Made by a program: the position numbers and the translations under genes
The notes under the pieces: model-generated
Told to the model about the DNA's origin: nothing
The model's input: only the letters and a program-made list of their open reading frames with translations
The model's database searches: none
Shown: positions 23,520 through 35,949 of the stretch, in pieces
How the letters are laid out: each line of letters starts with the position of its first letter
How positions within the stretch are numbered: the first letter of the stretch is position 1
Origin: Squalus acanthias
Lineage: Eukaryota
Length of the DNA: 64,000 nucleotides
Reading direction: 5' to 3'
Assembly (NCBI GenBank): GCA_030390025.1
Contig: CM059432.1
Coordinates: forward strand, 89,096,001 to 89,160,000

Positions 23520-25311
23520 CATTACTCTTCCTTTTCCTGGCACTTCTACATGCTGCAACCCCTGTGGCTTCAGCAGAGGTAGATGCAGGCTGGCCAGATC
23601 CCTGCTCTGACTGTTGAGTTGCTCTTGGCCGATGGCTTCTGGTTTTTGGAGACCATGAGGACACCGCCAAAGACTGCTCCACCTGCACCTGTGCAGGGGC
23701 AGCCTTGGCCATCGGGACACGAGGCAGCATGTGGGGTACTGACTGTGTGGGGCGGGGAGTAGAAGCGCTTTGAGCCGAGCCCCCAAGCCCATGTCCCCTT
23801 TCCCCATTGTCCCTCTCATGGCCCAGCCACACTTCCCTGCTAGCAATCAGTTGGAGAACACGTTGCTGCACATCAGTGGGGCGATGAACGGCCAAGGCTA
23901 TTCATCCTATTTAAGGTGGCATTCATAGTGTGCATGCCATTGGTGAAGGTCTGCATGCACTCATGTGATTGCTACGTTTGATTTTCCATGCAGTTGGCCA
24001 CTTTTTTCATGGACGAAGACATCATAGCAAAGGCCTGCTACATCATGCCACTTGTGCTTGAGACAGACTCCTCCAATCTCTCTGCAAGCATGCACAGTGT
24101 GGCTGAAACGCCTGCCAGTGCATCACACATTCTCTGCTGCTGCTCCAGAAGTATCCTGTTCGTCGATGGCCTCTGAGATACAGCATCTACGTCCAGTTGA
24201 GCAGAACTTGGAGTTCACCCCCTGATGCGGACTCTCCACTGCTGTCCCTGACTCCACCATCTGCTCTTGCTCACTTGTGATGTGTGAGTCACCAGGTGAA
24301 AACCCAAATACCTACCGAAGTGTGAGTATCTGAGCTGGTGCATTGTCTGCATGAGTCCTGTGACGGTGCACCCTCAGAAAGAGTGACCTCTTTCTCTGAA
24401 GAGTCATCATTGTCCGTGACCTGGTCCACCTCCTGCAGGATGTGTGAAGGCCCTATGGGAGATAAAAGACATGAATGAGTTCTGTCACGGTAAGAATGTT
24501 TGAAGTTATCATTATGAACATGATCATATTTCACTCGCTGTTGACATCAAGTCAACATGACGGAGTGTTGTATGCCATGTGGCTGTCTGATATTTAATTC
24601 TGTCACCAGGTAGCTGGGAGACCCCCAACTTCCCCATCTCCGACGGCCAGGCACACGTAGACTCCACTGATTTCCAGCACCTGCTCCTCTGCACTTGTTA
24701 GCTGTGAGATGGCTGGAGGGCCACCTCCATTTCTCTGCCTCTCCTTTGTGTTCTGTGCTCTCTACTACAGCAAGGAGGGAAAGAAGAGCCCTGTGAGTGA
24801 GAGTAATGGCATGTGTTGAACGGATGGATGGAGAGCATTTGTTGAGGGTGACTATGATGGAGAGGCATGACATTGCATTAAGATGAGGGTGAGTGTCAGC
24901 GGTGGATGGACAGATGGGGATATGAGGAAGTGCATAGACAGAGAGGGATGGGTGTACCTGCAAGGTAAGTTGGTGTAAGGAGCGATGTGCTGGAGTAGGC
25001 TTGAGAAGGCAGAGTGAGGCGGTTGGGGTGATACGCACATCAGGTTAGAGGGCAATGTGCCATTGCTCTCACCTTTCCTGCCCTTCTTAGGTTATTGAAC
25101 CACTTCCTGCATTGTATTCAGGAGGTGGCATCACCATCCTACTGCTGACTTCTCGTGCCACCTCCAACCACGCCTTCTTGGTGTCCCCAGCTGGCTTCTT
25201 CCTCCCGTTGCTAGGGAACAGCATATTCCTCCGAGTCCTCACAGCCCCCAGCAGCACATCCAGGGAGGTGTCACTGAAACGAGGCGCAGCCTTTAACCGA
25301 CTGGATTCCAT
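23520..25311 (-). pseudogene. Harbinger Myb/SANT gene, 3 exons, decayed
   Basis: Exon 1 MESSRLKAAPRFSDTSLDVLLGAVRTRRNMLFPSNGRKK...AWLEVAREV; same exon layout as the other copies. Confidence 0.75.
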
Positions 25312-25949
25312 TCTGGCACTTCCTTCACTTTGGCTCCCAACTCCAAACTCCTTCAAATTGCATGCTTGGAGTGTCGCTTTAAATACGGGAGTTGAAATTG
25401 CATTATGCGGGTACCATCACGCCCGCTGACACTAATTGGTCAGGAAACCTGGAAATCAGATGGCTGGGTTAAAAGGCCACTGACAGACCGCTGGACTTAC
25501 TTCCGGGTTTCCCGCATGGTACTGGACTCCCCCCCGCGCCCCCCTCCCCCCTCGCTCCCAGCGCGTCATGAACTTAAAATGCAGCCCATGGTGGGAGGAG
25601 CCAACTGGCCAGAAGAGGTCAAATTAAGTTATTAAAATTTCCCTCTCTTTGAACTCCTTGTGGATCAGGAGGAGCTCCACAGCCCCCTCGATCCTCATGT
25701 AATCCCTAGCTCAGCATTCCCCCAATAGCAACGTGAAAAGCGAATCCCCAGGCCTTGCCCCCAATCCCAATCTGATTACATTGCAACCCCTTCACCCACT
25801 GACTGCCAGGGACCATTCCCATAGATCTCCTGCAGCCAGATTTCTGCTCCCGCCTGCTGGGCAGATAATGAATCTGGCCGCTTGTCGAGCTGGGATCCAG
25901 TAATTTTTATCTAAATGAGGCACTGTTGTTAAGATCAGCAGGGCCTCCA

Positions 25950-26803
25950 TTGGGTGAGTGGGCAGAAGCGTGGCAGATGCAACATAACATGGATAAATGC
26001 GAGGTTATCCACTTTGTTGTCAAAAACAGAAGGGCAGACTATTATCTGAATGGCAATAGATTGGGAGAAGGGGAAGTGCAACGAGACCTGGGTGTCCTTG
26101 TGCACCAGTCGCTGAAGGTAAGCATGCAGGTGCAGCAGGTGGTGAAGAAGGCAAATGGTATGTTGGCCTTCATAGCGACAGGGTTTGAGTATAGGAACAG
26201 GGATGTCCTGCTGGAGTTGTACAGGGCCTTGGTGAGACCACACCTTGAGTACTGTGTGCATTTTGGTCGCCTTATCTGAGGAAGGAGGTTCTTGCCATGG
26301 AAGGAGTTCAGCGAAGATTCACAAGGCTGATACCTGGGATGGCAGGAATGACATATGAGGAGAGATTGGGTCGATTGGGCTTATACTCGCTGGAGTATAG
26401 AAGAATGAGAGGGGATCTCATCGAAACATATAAAATTCTGACAGGTCTGGACAAACTAGATGCAGGAAGAATGTTCCCGATGGTCGGAGAGTCCAGAACC
26501 AGGGGTCATAATCTAAGGATAAGGGGTAAGCCATTTAGGACAGAAATGAGGAAGAATTTCTTCACCCAGAGAGTGGTGAACCTGTGGAATTCTCTACCAC
26601 AGAAGTTAGTTGAGGCCAAGTCATTAAATATATTCAAGAATGAGTTAGATATATTTCATAAAGCTAAAGGGATCAAGGGATATGGGGAGAAGGCAGGTAC
26701 AGGGTACTGAGTTTGGATGATCAGCCATGATCTCATCGAATGGCGGAGCAGGCTCGAGGGGGCCGAATGGCCTACTCCTGCTCCTATCTTCTATGTTTCT
26801 ATG
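25950..26803 (+). mobile_element. 5'-truncated CR1 (HER1-like) LINE 3' end
   Basis: WQMQHNMDKCEVIHF, LYRALVRPHLEYC, RRMRGDLIETYKI; tail TTCTATGT repeats. Confidence 0.92.
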
Positions 26804-26989
26804 TCCCTGTCCTGTCTCGGTGCGCCACCCGCTATTGGGTTCACGTGCAGCCTTCCCCCCCTATAAAAATCGAGGCTGCACCAATCTCGGAACCAGTCCT
26901 GCATACATTCTACAAAACATTCTCCAGATTCTCCAGTTTCACCTTTATTCTAATGTATCCTGGGATGGTTAAAATCACCCAATATTGTT

Positions 26990-27660
26990 GTCCTCTTGTT
27001 CTTGCACATCACTCACATCTCACAGCACCCGCTCTATCTCATCTTCACTATTTGTTGCCTTGTAAAGCAAATCAAGAATTGTACCATATAACTTCCTATT
27101 CCTGAATTATATCCATGTGGATTTGGTTTTAATGCAAACCCCAAGGGCATCCTAATGTTTAACTCTGTAATAGAATCCTTCACTAACACTGCCATTCTGC
27201 TCCCCATTTTCCTCCCTACCTCCCGTGAAAATGTTATAACGTGGAAGATTTAGGTCCCAGTGCTGCCCATGCTACATCTCCATCAGAGCTACTATCGCTC
27301 ATATTCCTCCATAGTTATTAAGGCTTCAAACTGTCCAATTTTATTTTGAATGCTTTGTGCATTCATGTAAATGCTTATCAATTTTGACTCCGATTTTGGG
27401 GAATTTTTACCCTATTCCTTTTCCTGGTTTTCTCACTTAATTTTTTGATATTTGTTGCCCCTTCTACAACAATGCTTTTGTCTCTCACTACTTCATAGTC
27501 TGTTTCTTTCCTTTTCTCTTCTGAGAGTATTTCCAGACTTCTGTTTCAACTAGGCCTCTGTTTCTATTCCAAGAGCTTTATTAAACATATTCTCTATCTC
27601 TCCCCTCCCGTAAAAAAAATCTTCCCAAAATAGACTTTCCCCACTCCTGCCATAACAGTT
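26990..27660 (-). mobile_element. Old CR1 ORF2 endonuclease N-terminal fragment
   Basis: Minus strand IYMNAQSIQNKIGQFEAL (~27375-27320). Confidence 0.55.
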
Positions 27661-30606
27661 TAAACCCTCCCATTTACTATTACATTGTGTCCAGCCAAAT
27701 ACATTTATCATTTCAGTCCAATGGTGTAATTAAATTGTATCTAGCTGAGTTGAATTATAAATGTGGTTTTCCGAATAAAACAGAAGTGTTAGTAAAATAT
27801 TATTTATCCCTGTGATTCTACTCAATAATTGTTAATTTTAACAATCTGCTGATGGCAGAATATCTACTCTTTGTCATAGCCTCCCTACTGAACCTGCGTT
27901 GCTTCATGTATTGCTCCTCCATGATGCAACAATTATTGACTCTCTCGTAGCAGAGCTAGTGTCTGAGGTTGTGTCCATTGTGAGTTGTGCAGCCACTATG
28001 CCCTTGGTGCTCAAAAGCAGCATACCAATACTAATAGGACTATATCCTTTCTATCTGACAAAAAAACTCCTCTGTGCTATTCACTTTTGTCACTGCTCTA
28101 GTGATATATTTCTTCAATTAAGCTCTCTAACCCCAGGCATGCTGGAATGGGTGGGGAGGGAGGGGTGGGGTGGGGGGGCGGGCGGTGGCATATATTCTCT
28201 TTTCGATTTGACTGCAGCTGCAGAATACTATGCAAGTTCATCATTATTGACCTTAACAAGTAAAAGACATTTTACATTATTACTGGGTGATCCATTTTGG
28301 TGAGGTAAGACTCCTCAGAGCAGGACTAAATACAGAGGATTTGCCTGTTAACACTCCTACTCAATTGCATCAACTTTTTTGTTAAAATTATCAGAGGAAA
28401 ATATATCCCTTGATGACTACACTATGAAAAACCAGACAGCTCCTGAGTCAGTGACTTCAATGGAAAGGAATATCGGGCAGCGTGTATAACGGGCGGCCAA
28501 TCCACAACCACTAGTTTACTGCCCATGTTATTACACATTTAGAAATAAGCCCTGGAACCCCCCCAGCCCCAACCAGTGTTTAAAAAAACAGACATTAATT
28601 TTAAACTCACACAAGCTGAGATTATATCAGGTTGTGATATGTGGGTTGCTAAGCAACAGAATGTACAGCGAGTGACACTGGCGCTGCCCATTCCATTTGT
28701 TGACAAATTGGATGTAGATATGGTTTCCAGTAGTTTGAAATGTGCCTCTCATGCTGTTGGTCTGTGGTTTATAATGTGTACTGTAATGTAAATTGGGCAG
28801 GCATATGATATACAAGTTAATTATTTGAATAAGCGGCTAAAACTTTTGAAGTCATTGTGTGTGTTATCTCAGAAACACTGAAGGCTAGCCTGCTATTTAG
28901 CCCTTTACCATTCCTCTATGCAGCTCAGTGTATAATATAGTTCATTTTCTGTACAATTACAGTGATGGATGGTTAATTGAGTCACTCTAAGGTACCATAT
29001 GTGATACCCATGATCTGAGCATCACTGGTCAGATTAAAGTATCACACTTTCTGAAAGAGCATTGTCATCTTGGATTCAGGACAAGATCAGAAGGGTTATC
29101 TGGGGTCTAGTGGATTTATTTTGTTTAAAGGGACATTACTTTATCAAAACTAACATAGTGGGTAATCAGTTCTTGTGACAAAATTTATTTTGGCTGTTTT
29201 ACTGTATGTTGACCCAGTTGACTGAATATGTTAGCAAATCTCATTTTCACCATTTTAGATGTTTAGTTGGGGTGCACAAACAGCAGCAAATTTATATTGT
29301 GGTATATTTACAATTGGCTGATCTGAAATTCGTACAAAGAGGATAATGAATAATGGACTATGTGATATGATAAGTATTTCCACAAGTGAGCTGACTGAAT
29401 AATTCACAAACAGTGAAGTGAGTTTTAATTTAGCTCATGAGGGAAAGTATCACTTGCAGCCAGTCATTCATTGTTCTGTTTATACAATTTTTAAAAAATA
29501 AATAATTTGTTTGACTAGTTTATTTAATAAACTTACATTAATTCATTTTAATGGCGATTATAAGAAGTGCAGAGAACATTTAGCACTGATTAAGTTGGAA
29601 GATTCACCTTTCTTCTCTTCTGGGTTATTTGGTCATCACCTTGAAAATCCCATAAAAAGGGATTATATTATATATTAAATAAATAGGGTCAAATCAACCC
29701 CAAATCTAAGGCAACCCTTTCTCCGTGCACATAGTAAGTTCTATTGGCTGCTTTCAGTCTAAATGCAGCCACATATGCCCTCCCTTTGAGTGACCAATAC
29801 ATCCTTTTTTGGATTCCATATCTTCCCAAAAAAATTCCTCCATGACTTCTGAATTTGAATGTTTTTGTCTGTTATTTATTGTCTTAAACTGGCTCAAGTC
29901 ATGTTATCCACAACCACTGAAACCTGCCACTAAAATATGCTGCACTGGGAGCCATGAAAGACTGGAAGAGATACAGTGCTGGTTAAATACATATTGGAAA
30001 AACAGTGATCAACTGAAAACCAAGAACATGCTCTGTAAATAAAAAAGAATGGAAATACAAGGGGGTAAATAAAGATGAACAGCAACCCAATAAAAATAAA
30101 GGGGGAAAAATTCGGTTGGTTTGCGCCTCCCATTAGCGCCTTAAGAGGGCACTAATGGGGCGCAAAGCAGCTAGCGCCCGGGCGCAGCGATGTCTGCGCC
30201 GCTCGCGAAATTGACCAGACATTTTGCGACGGCGCTAAACAATACCGCCCCGATCTCCTGCACCCTCAGATCTTGACGTCAGTCGAGCATGCAAAGCCCT
30301 TGTGGCGCCCCGGACAGGATATTGAGTGGCGCCCCATTCCTTTCCGCCTGGCGCAAGCAACAACAGGTAGACTGGAATGTTTCCCAGTCGGTGTGGGGCT
30401 GGGGGGGCACTATTTACAGGCGGCCTCTTCCTGGCTTTTTCTGTGGTAGACATTTTTGCACCACTCATTCTGACAGAGAGAGATTCTGAGAGAGAAGGAG
30501 AGACTTCTGCATAGAGTCAACGCTGTGTGAAGTAGTTTTGGCTACTGAGCATCACTTTGCAGGTACTTTTGGATTTGACCTTCATTACTTTGATTACCAA
30601 GAGACT

Positions 30607-31742
30607 ATGGGGGCTGCACTGATTTGGGGCGTCGTCCTACGCCTGCAGAATCGGAGGCAACATAGACGCAGAGAGAGAGTGGCAATCATGGCCAGACGGA
30701 GGAGGGCCAACAGGCCTCTGTACAGGAGACCTTACCCTCCCAGGGTATTTCGCCAACAATTCTCCTACATTAATATGTCTGAGGAGCAGTGTTTGCGCAG
30801 GCTGCACTTCAGCAAGGAGGTAGTCACTGAGCTCTGCCACCTGCTGCAGCCAGATCTGCAGCCTCTACTGAGGACCAGGACATCTCTGTCGGTGGCTGTG
30901 AAGGTCACAGTGGCTCTGAACTTTTATGCCACCGGCTCCTTTCAAGCAGCTACTGGTGACATTGCCAATATCTCCCAGTTTGCAGTCCATTGCTGCATCC
31001 GTCAGGTCACAAATGGAGATGCCAGTACATCTCTTTCCCGATGACCCGGGCCAAAGAGCATGAACACGCATTGGGCTTTGCGAGGATAGCGGGCTTCCCC
31101 ATGGTGCAGGGTGCCATTGACTGCATGCATGTGGCATTGCGGGCACCGCATGAGAATGCAGAGGATTTCCGCAACCGCAAGGGGTTCCACTCCTTAAACG
31201 TCCAGTTGGTCTGTGACCACAGACAGCTGATACTCGCTGTCAATGCCCGCTATCCTGGCAGCAGCCACGATGCATTCATCCTGCGTCAGACTGCTGTGCC
31301 AGAACTTTTCCAGGCATCGCATCAGCCAAGTGGTTGGCTCCTCGGGGACAAGGGTTATCCACTGTGCACCTGGCTAATGACACCACTCCGTAACCCCAAC
31401 ACCCCTGCTGAGATGCGGTACAACGAGAGCCATCTCTCCACCAGGAACATCGTTGAGCAGACGATCGGCATGCTCAAGCAACGGTTCCGCTGTCTGGACC
31501 GCTCAGGAGGAGCCCTGCAGTACTCGCCTGAGCGAGTCTCCCTCTTCATAGTTGTGTGCTGCATGCTGCATAATCTGGCAATCCTCAGGACCCAGCCAAT
31601 ACCACCAGGCCTTGGAGCACCACTGGAGGAGGAGGAGGAAGAGGAGGAGGATGATCAGCAGCAGCACCAAGGTGGGAGGGAGGCCCAAAATGTTGAAACT
31701 GCAAGGGCCGTCCGTCAATGGCTGATAGCAAGCCGCTTCTAG
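30607..31742 (+). pseudogene. Harbinger DDE transposase with one frameshifting deletion near 31015
   Basis: Two overlapping ORFs (30538-31044, 30990-31742); catalytic GAIDCMHV, LLGDKGY and NIVEQTIG motifs intact. Confidence 0.93.
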
Positions 31743-31786
31743 GCCCCTGCTGAGGAAATGGCTTCTGCCATGGAGAACAACATGAA

Positions 31787-32262
31787 TAGAAGCATAGAAG
31801 ATAGGAGCAGGAGTAGGCCATTCAGCCCCTCGAGCCTGCTCCGCCATTTAATGAGATCATGGTTGATCATCCAAATTCAGTACCCTGTCCCTGCTTTCTC
31901 CCCATATCCCTTGATCCCTTTAGCCTTAAGAAATATATCTGTCTCCTTCTTGAATATATTTAATGAATTGGCCTCAACTGCCTTCTGTAGTAGAGAATTC
32001 CACAGGTTCACCCCTCTCTGGGTAAAGAAATTCCTCCTCATCTCAGTCCTAAATGGCTTACCCCTTATCCTTAGACTGTGACCTCTGGTTCTGGACTCCC
32101 CCGCCATCGGGAACATCCTTCCTGCATCTAGTCTATCTAGTCCTGTTAGAATTTTATAAGTTTCAATGAGATCCCCTCTCATTCTTCGAAACTCTAGCGA
32201 ATATAAGCCTAATCGACCCAATCTTTCTTCATACGTCATTCCTGCCATCCCAGGTATCAGTC
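31787..32262 (-). mobile_element. CR1 3' end inserted between the Harbinger genes
   Basis: MAGMTYEERLGRLGLYSLEFRRMRGDLIETYKIL; very similar to 26340-26800. Confidence 0.92.
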
Positions 32263-32525
32263 AATGAGTAATGAAACCAACCCGCAACCCCTAAGCCAGC
32301 CAAGGCAGCAATGAGTCCAAAGACCAAACATGTACATTTTGAATACAAAATCTTATTTATTTTACAAACTCTGTGTGTGTCATTTCTTCATGACAAACTA
32401 ATAGAAACAAACACAAAAAATCATTAATTAACACAACCTGGAGATAATGTCCAAAACACTAAACAAAAGTTTGAACGCGAACCTCAGCCTTTAATAAAAA
32501 ATTGACCAACATTTCGTCACACCTC

Positions 32526-34301
32526 CTACTTTTTGCCCTTCGAGGGTGATCTCCTTCCCTTGCGCACTTCCCCCCTTCCCACCCTACTGCTCCTCCATAA
32601 TGGGGCCCCAGTGGCTGCAGCAAGGCTGGTGGAAGGCTGCTGATTGTCAGAACCTGAGACTGTAGATGCCCTTGAAGGACGGCCTCGACCAGCTCTGGGC
32701 CTGGAGGGCCCGGCTGCAGACTGCACCAACTCTGCATGGGCGGCAGCAGTCTGGGCTACAGGCGGTGGCAAGTGCAATGGGGAAGTGACAGTGGTGGCAG
32801 CAGGAATGCTGTCATCTTAAGAGAGGACAGAAACTCCCTGCTCGACCGACACACTGGCACTCCCATTGCTGGCCTGCTGCGGCGCGGTGAGAGCCCCGGG
32901 GAAATGTGTCCGAACCAGCGACAATGGCAGCAGTCAGTGCTTGCGTGACCTCAATCTGAGTCTGCATGAGAGCAGTCTGAGATGGGATCACGGCAGCCAG
33001 TGACTGAATTGCAGCACTAAGCTTTAGCGTGGCATCCGCCTGTGCTACAGCGAAGTGCTCCACACTCCTTGCCAGTGCATCAATGCATTTGGGCACCCTT
33101 CCCACTGCACCCATGAGCTGAGTCTGCATGTGCACCGCCTGGGTGTTCATTTCAGTGATGAGCAGCTCCTCCTCTGCGTCCAGTGCAGCAGGACTCGCTG
33201 GCCTACTCTCCCTCCGGGGAGAAGGCCCCCGAGCTTCCCTAGCCACATCGCGTTGCTGCAGCCCGCTGGGTCCTGGAGCTTTACCCTCATCAGACCTTTC
33301 CCCCCTGCTCCCCTCCAGGGAAGACGTGGTCCCAGTGTGGGCATGGGCGTCCTCGGGAGAGGGTGGCGCTGATGCTCCGGCTTCCTCTTCCTCCCTGCCT
33401 GCGGCTTCACTCCCACTGGCAGCTTGAAGGCCCGTCTCCTCAGCTGGTGAGTCACCATCTGAAAGCAGGGAGGTATAAGTGTGGCTTTAGTGTGAGGATA
33501 GGGGGGCAGTAAGGGAGGAAGGAGTGCAGCGATTTAGTAAGTTGGATTGAAAGTGTCAAAGGCTGGTGTTATGAGGGATAAGTGGAATGAGAGTGGAGAA
33601 AAAGATGATGACCTTACCATTGCTGTCCAGAATGGGGTCGGCCTCTCCTGGGGCGACGGGACCGATCACCTGGCTTGACACAATCCTGTGGATGCGCACC
33701 TCAAGATCGCTGAGGGGTTGCAGCTGAGGCCGCCCTCCACCCGTCCATTGCTGCTGTCTCCTATTATGAGATAGCTTGGCCTGCAAGAAAAAGGACGGTG
33801 TCTGAGTAAATATACAGCCATGGTCTTGCCTGATGTGCCTCCCATAATTGAATAGCCCTTAATGTAAGCAGTCATGGTCTTGCCTGATGTGCCTCCCATA
33901 GTTGAATAGCCCTTACTGTATGCAAAGTGTGGAGTGTGCGTGTGTGTTTCATGAGAGGGCCATAGGTGTTGGATGAGTGTTGGGCATTGGGGTTTTAAGA
34001 CCCTCTGGCCATAGAGTGAGGTTGAGATGGAGGGATAGAGAGATATTGAAAAAAAGCCACTCACCCTGACGACCCGAGTGAGGTCGTTGAACTTTTTGCG
34101 ACATTGTATATGGGTCCTGGTCACCATGCTCCTGGAGGAGACGTGCTGAGCCACCTCCCTCCACACTCTTCTGTAGTCACGTGGCAAAGGCTTCCTGCCA
34201 CTCTCAGGGAAGAGTATAGATCTTCTGCGCTCCAACGTGCCAACCAGAGCCTCCAAGGCCCGCTCGCTGAAGCGCTGAACTTGTTCTCTCACCCTCTCCA
34301 T
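32526..34301 (-). pseudogene. Harbinger Myb/SANT gene (exons 34301-34065, 33780-33618, 33458-32526)
   Basis: Canonical GT/AG junctions give an in-frame splice (phase 0 then 1); RTHIQCRKKFNDL motif; frameshift/stop near 32900-32817. Confidence 0.85.
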
Positions 34302-35949
34302 AGTCATTGCCTGGAAAATGTAGTCACAGGTCTCTCCAGGCCGAGATTCAAGGCTCCAATGAGCAGGGTGTGGCTGGAGAGCAAGATCGACCCTCCCCTT
34401 TAAGAACTGTCCGGCGCCAGTGTGCCTGTGTTCCATCGCTAACTAACATCACCTGCGCTGCGCCCGCGCTCTGAGTTAGCGCCTCGCTCCTTAGCCTTTA
34501 AGACAGGTGTGCAGCGCCTGATTTAGCGCTCCAATCACCTCCAGGGACGATAAAAGCCAAGTTTGCAGTCGGAGATGATAATTAGCGGCAGGCGCTAAAC
34601 TTTGCGCCCGGCCGATAATCGCGCCCCAAATGGGGCGATACTGAATTTCTCCCCCAAATATCCAAAATTCCAGCCAAGGACAGAGAGCAGGCAATGCCCC
34701 AGCAGTTGAAAATTGGGATGAAACGTGGTTCTGTTAGGATTCCCACCCCCATCCCCCTGTTTTTGGCTGTACATATTTTCCGATGAGTGAGGAATGAGGC
34801 GATTCTTTTGCCCGTTCTCCCCCCCACCCCCACATCAAGTGGTCATATCTGGGGAATTCTTGGGCGATCCTGGGAATACTGCCAAGGATGCCCTCATAAG
34901 ATCGCAGCAGATCACTCACCAGATTTGCCTGAATGGTAATCTGGTGGGGCAGAGACCATGCCCTTTATAGATCCTGCCAGATTTCAATTTCTATCAAGGG
35001 CACGCAATCTGGCCCACCAGATTACTGTCCAGGTGGTGAATGTGAAAATCTACCCCAAGGTGTGAGTTCTCTTGAGGCATTAGCAAAGCCCCCAAACCTT
35101 TAATAGACAAATCTGTTTATTAATCTTAGAATCATAGCAGCACAAACATTGAGTATGCAAATATTTAGTAGATAAGGTAAAATGAGGAAATAAATCAGAG
35201 GTTACAAAGGCAGTAGCGGTTATGCCACAGTAATTCAGCATTAACTACTTGCTGATTAAAAATTTACAGCAGAAATCAGTGTTTGAGATTGATATAAATG
35301 GGTGAGATTAATTTAGGATTAGACTCCTTAGATAGCTGTCAAGTTAACAGCATAGATAGCCAGTCTATTGAGTAGATTAAAGTCTACATGCTTGTAGTTA
35401 GCATTGTTTCCAGAATTTATATAACCTCATCATGAGCTGGGAAAGATACATTGGTTGCCTTGCCCTCCTCTGTGAGCCTTCTGAGACATCAGGATAATGA
35501 ACCTTTATCAATAGAGGTGCTATTCGTTCCTCCTGGATCACCTGTTCCTGGGTAAATTCACCTTCCATGCTGATAGCTGTATCTGGATTAACTGGCTTAA
35601 ATTTCACGTCCTTTTATATCAAGGATTATCTAAGTAACATATTTATATCTGCCTGTGTCTGACTGGTATAGCTGTACAATCTTAACTTCTGTAAGGTTTC
35701 TTGTTCTGTCGAAAATGCACTTTTTGATTTTATAGAGACATCTTCTGACATATACTAGACAAATTACTCCTACACCTTCTACTACAAAGACAACTGCAAG
35801 AACGACTAAAATAACTAAAACTAAACTAAGAATTAATAACTGAGGACTTTAGTGTCAAAAACACGATTTTATATATGCTTAATTTCCGATGAAACTGCCT
35901 CATTCTATTCACCGATCTGAGTTAGAAGAGTCCAGCCCTTCTGGTGTCA

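Larger units (their letters stand above)
20104..25587. mobile_element. Full-length two-gene Harbinger transposon (decayed) with nested insertions
   Basis: Convergent transposase and Myb genes; right end ...TTAAAATGCAGCCC; left TIR degenerate, so the left boundary is approximate. Confidence 0.75.
30101..34655. mobile_element. Full-length two-gene Harbinger transposon, near intact
   Basis: TIR GGGGGAAAAATT...AATTTCTCCCCC; TSD AAA/AAA; convergent transposase and Myb genes. Confidence 0.93.

Noticed and set aside
30607..31742. Host HARBI1 gene
   Set aside because: It is flanked by TIRs and a TSD, paired with a Myb gene, multi-copy in the window and frameshifted, so it is a transposon copy.
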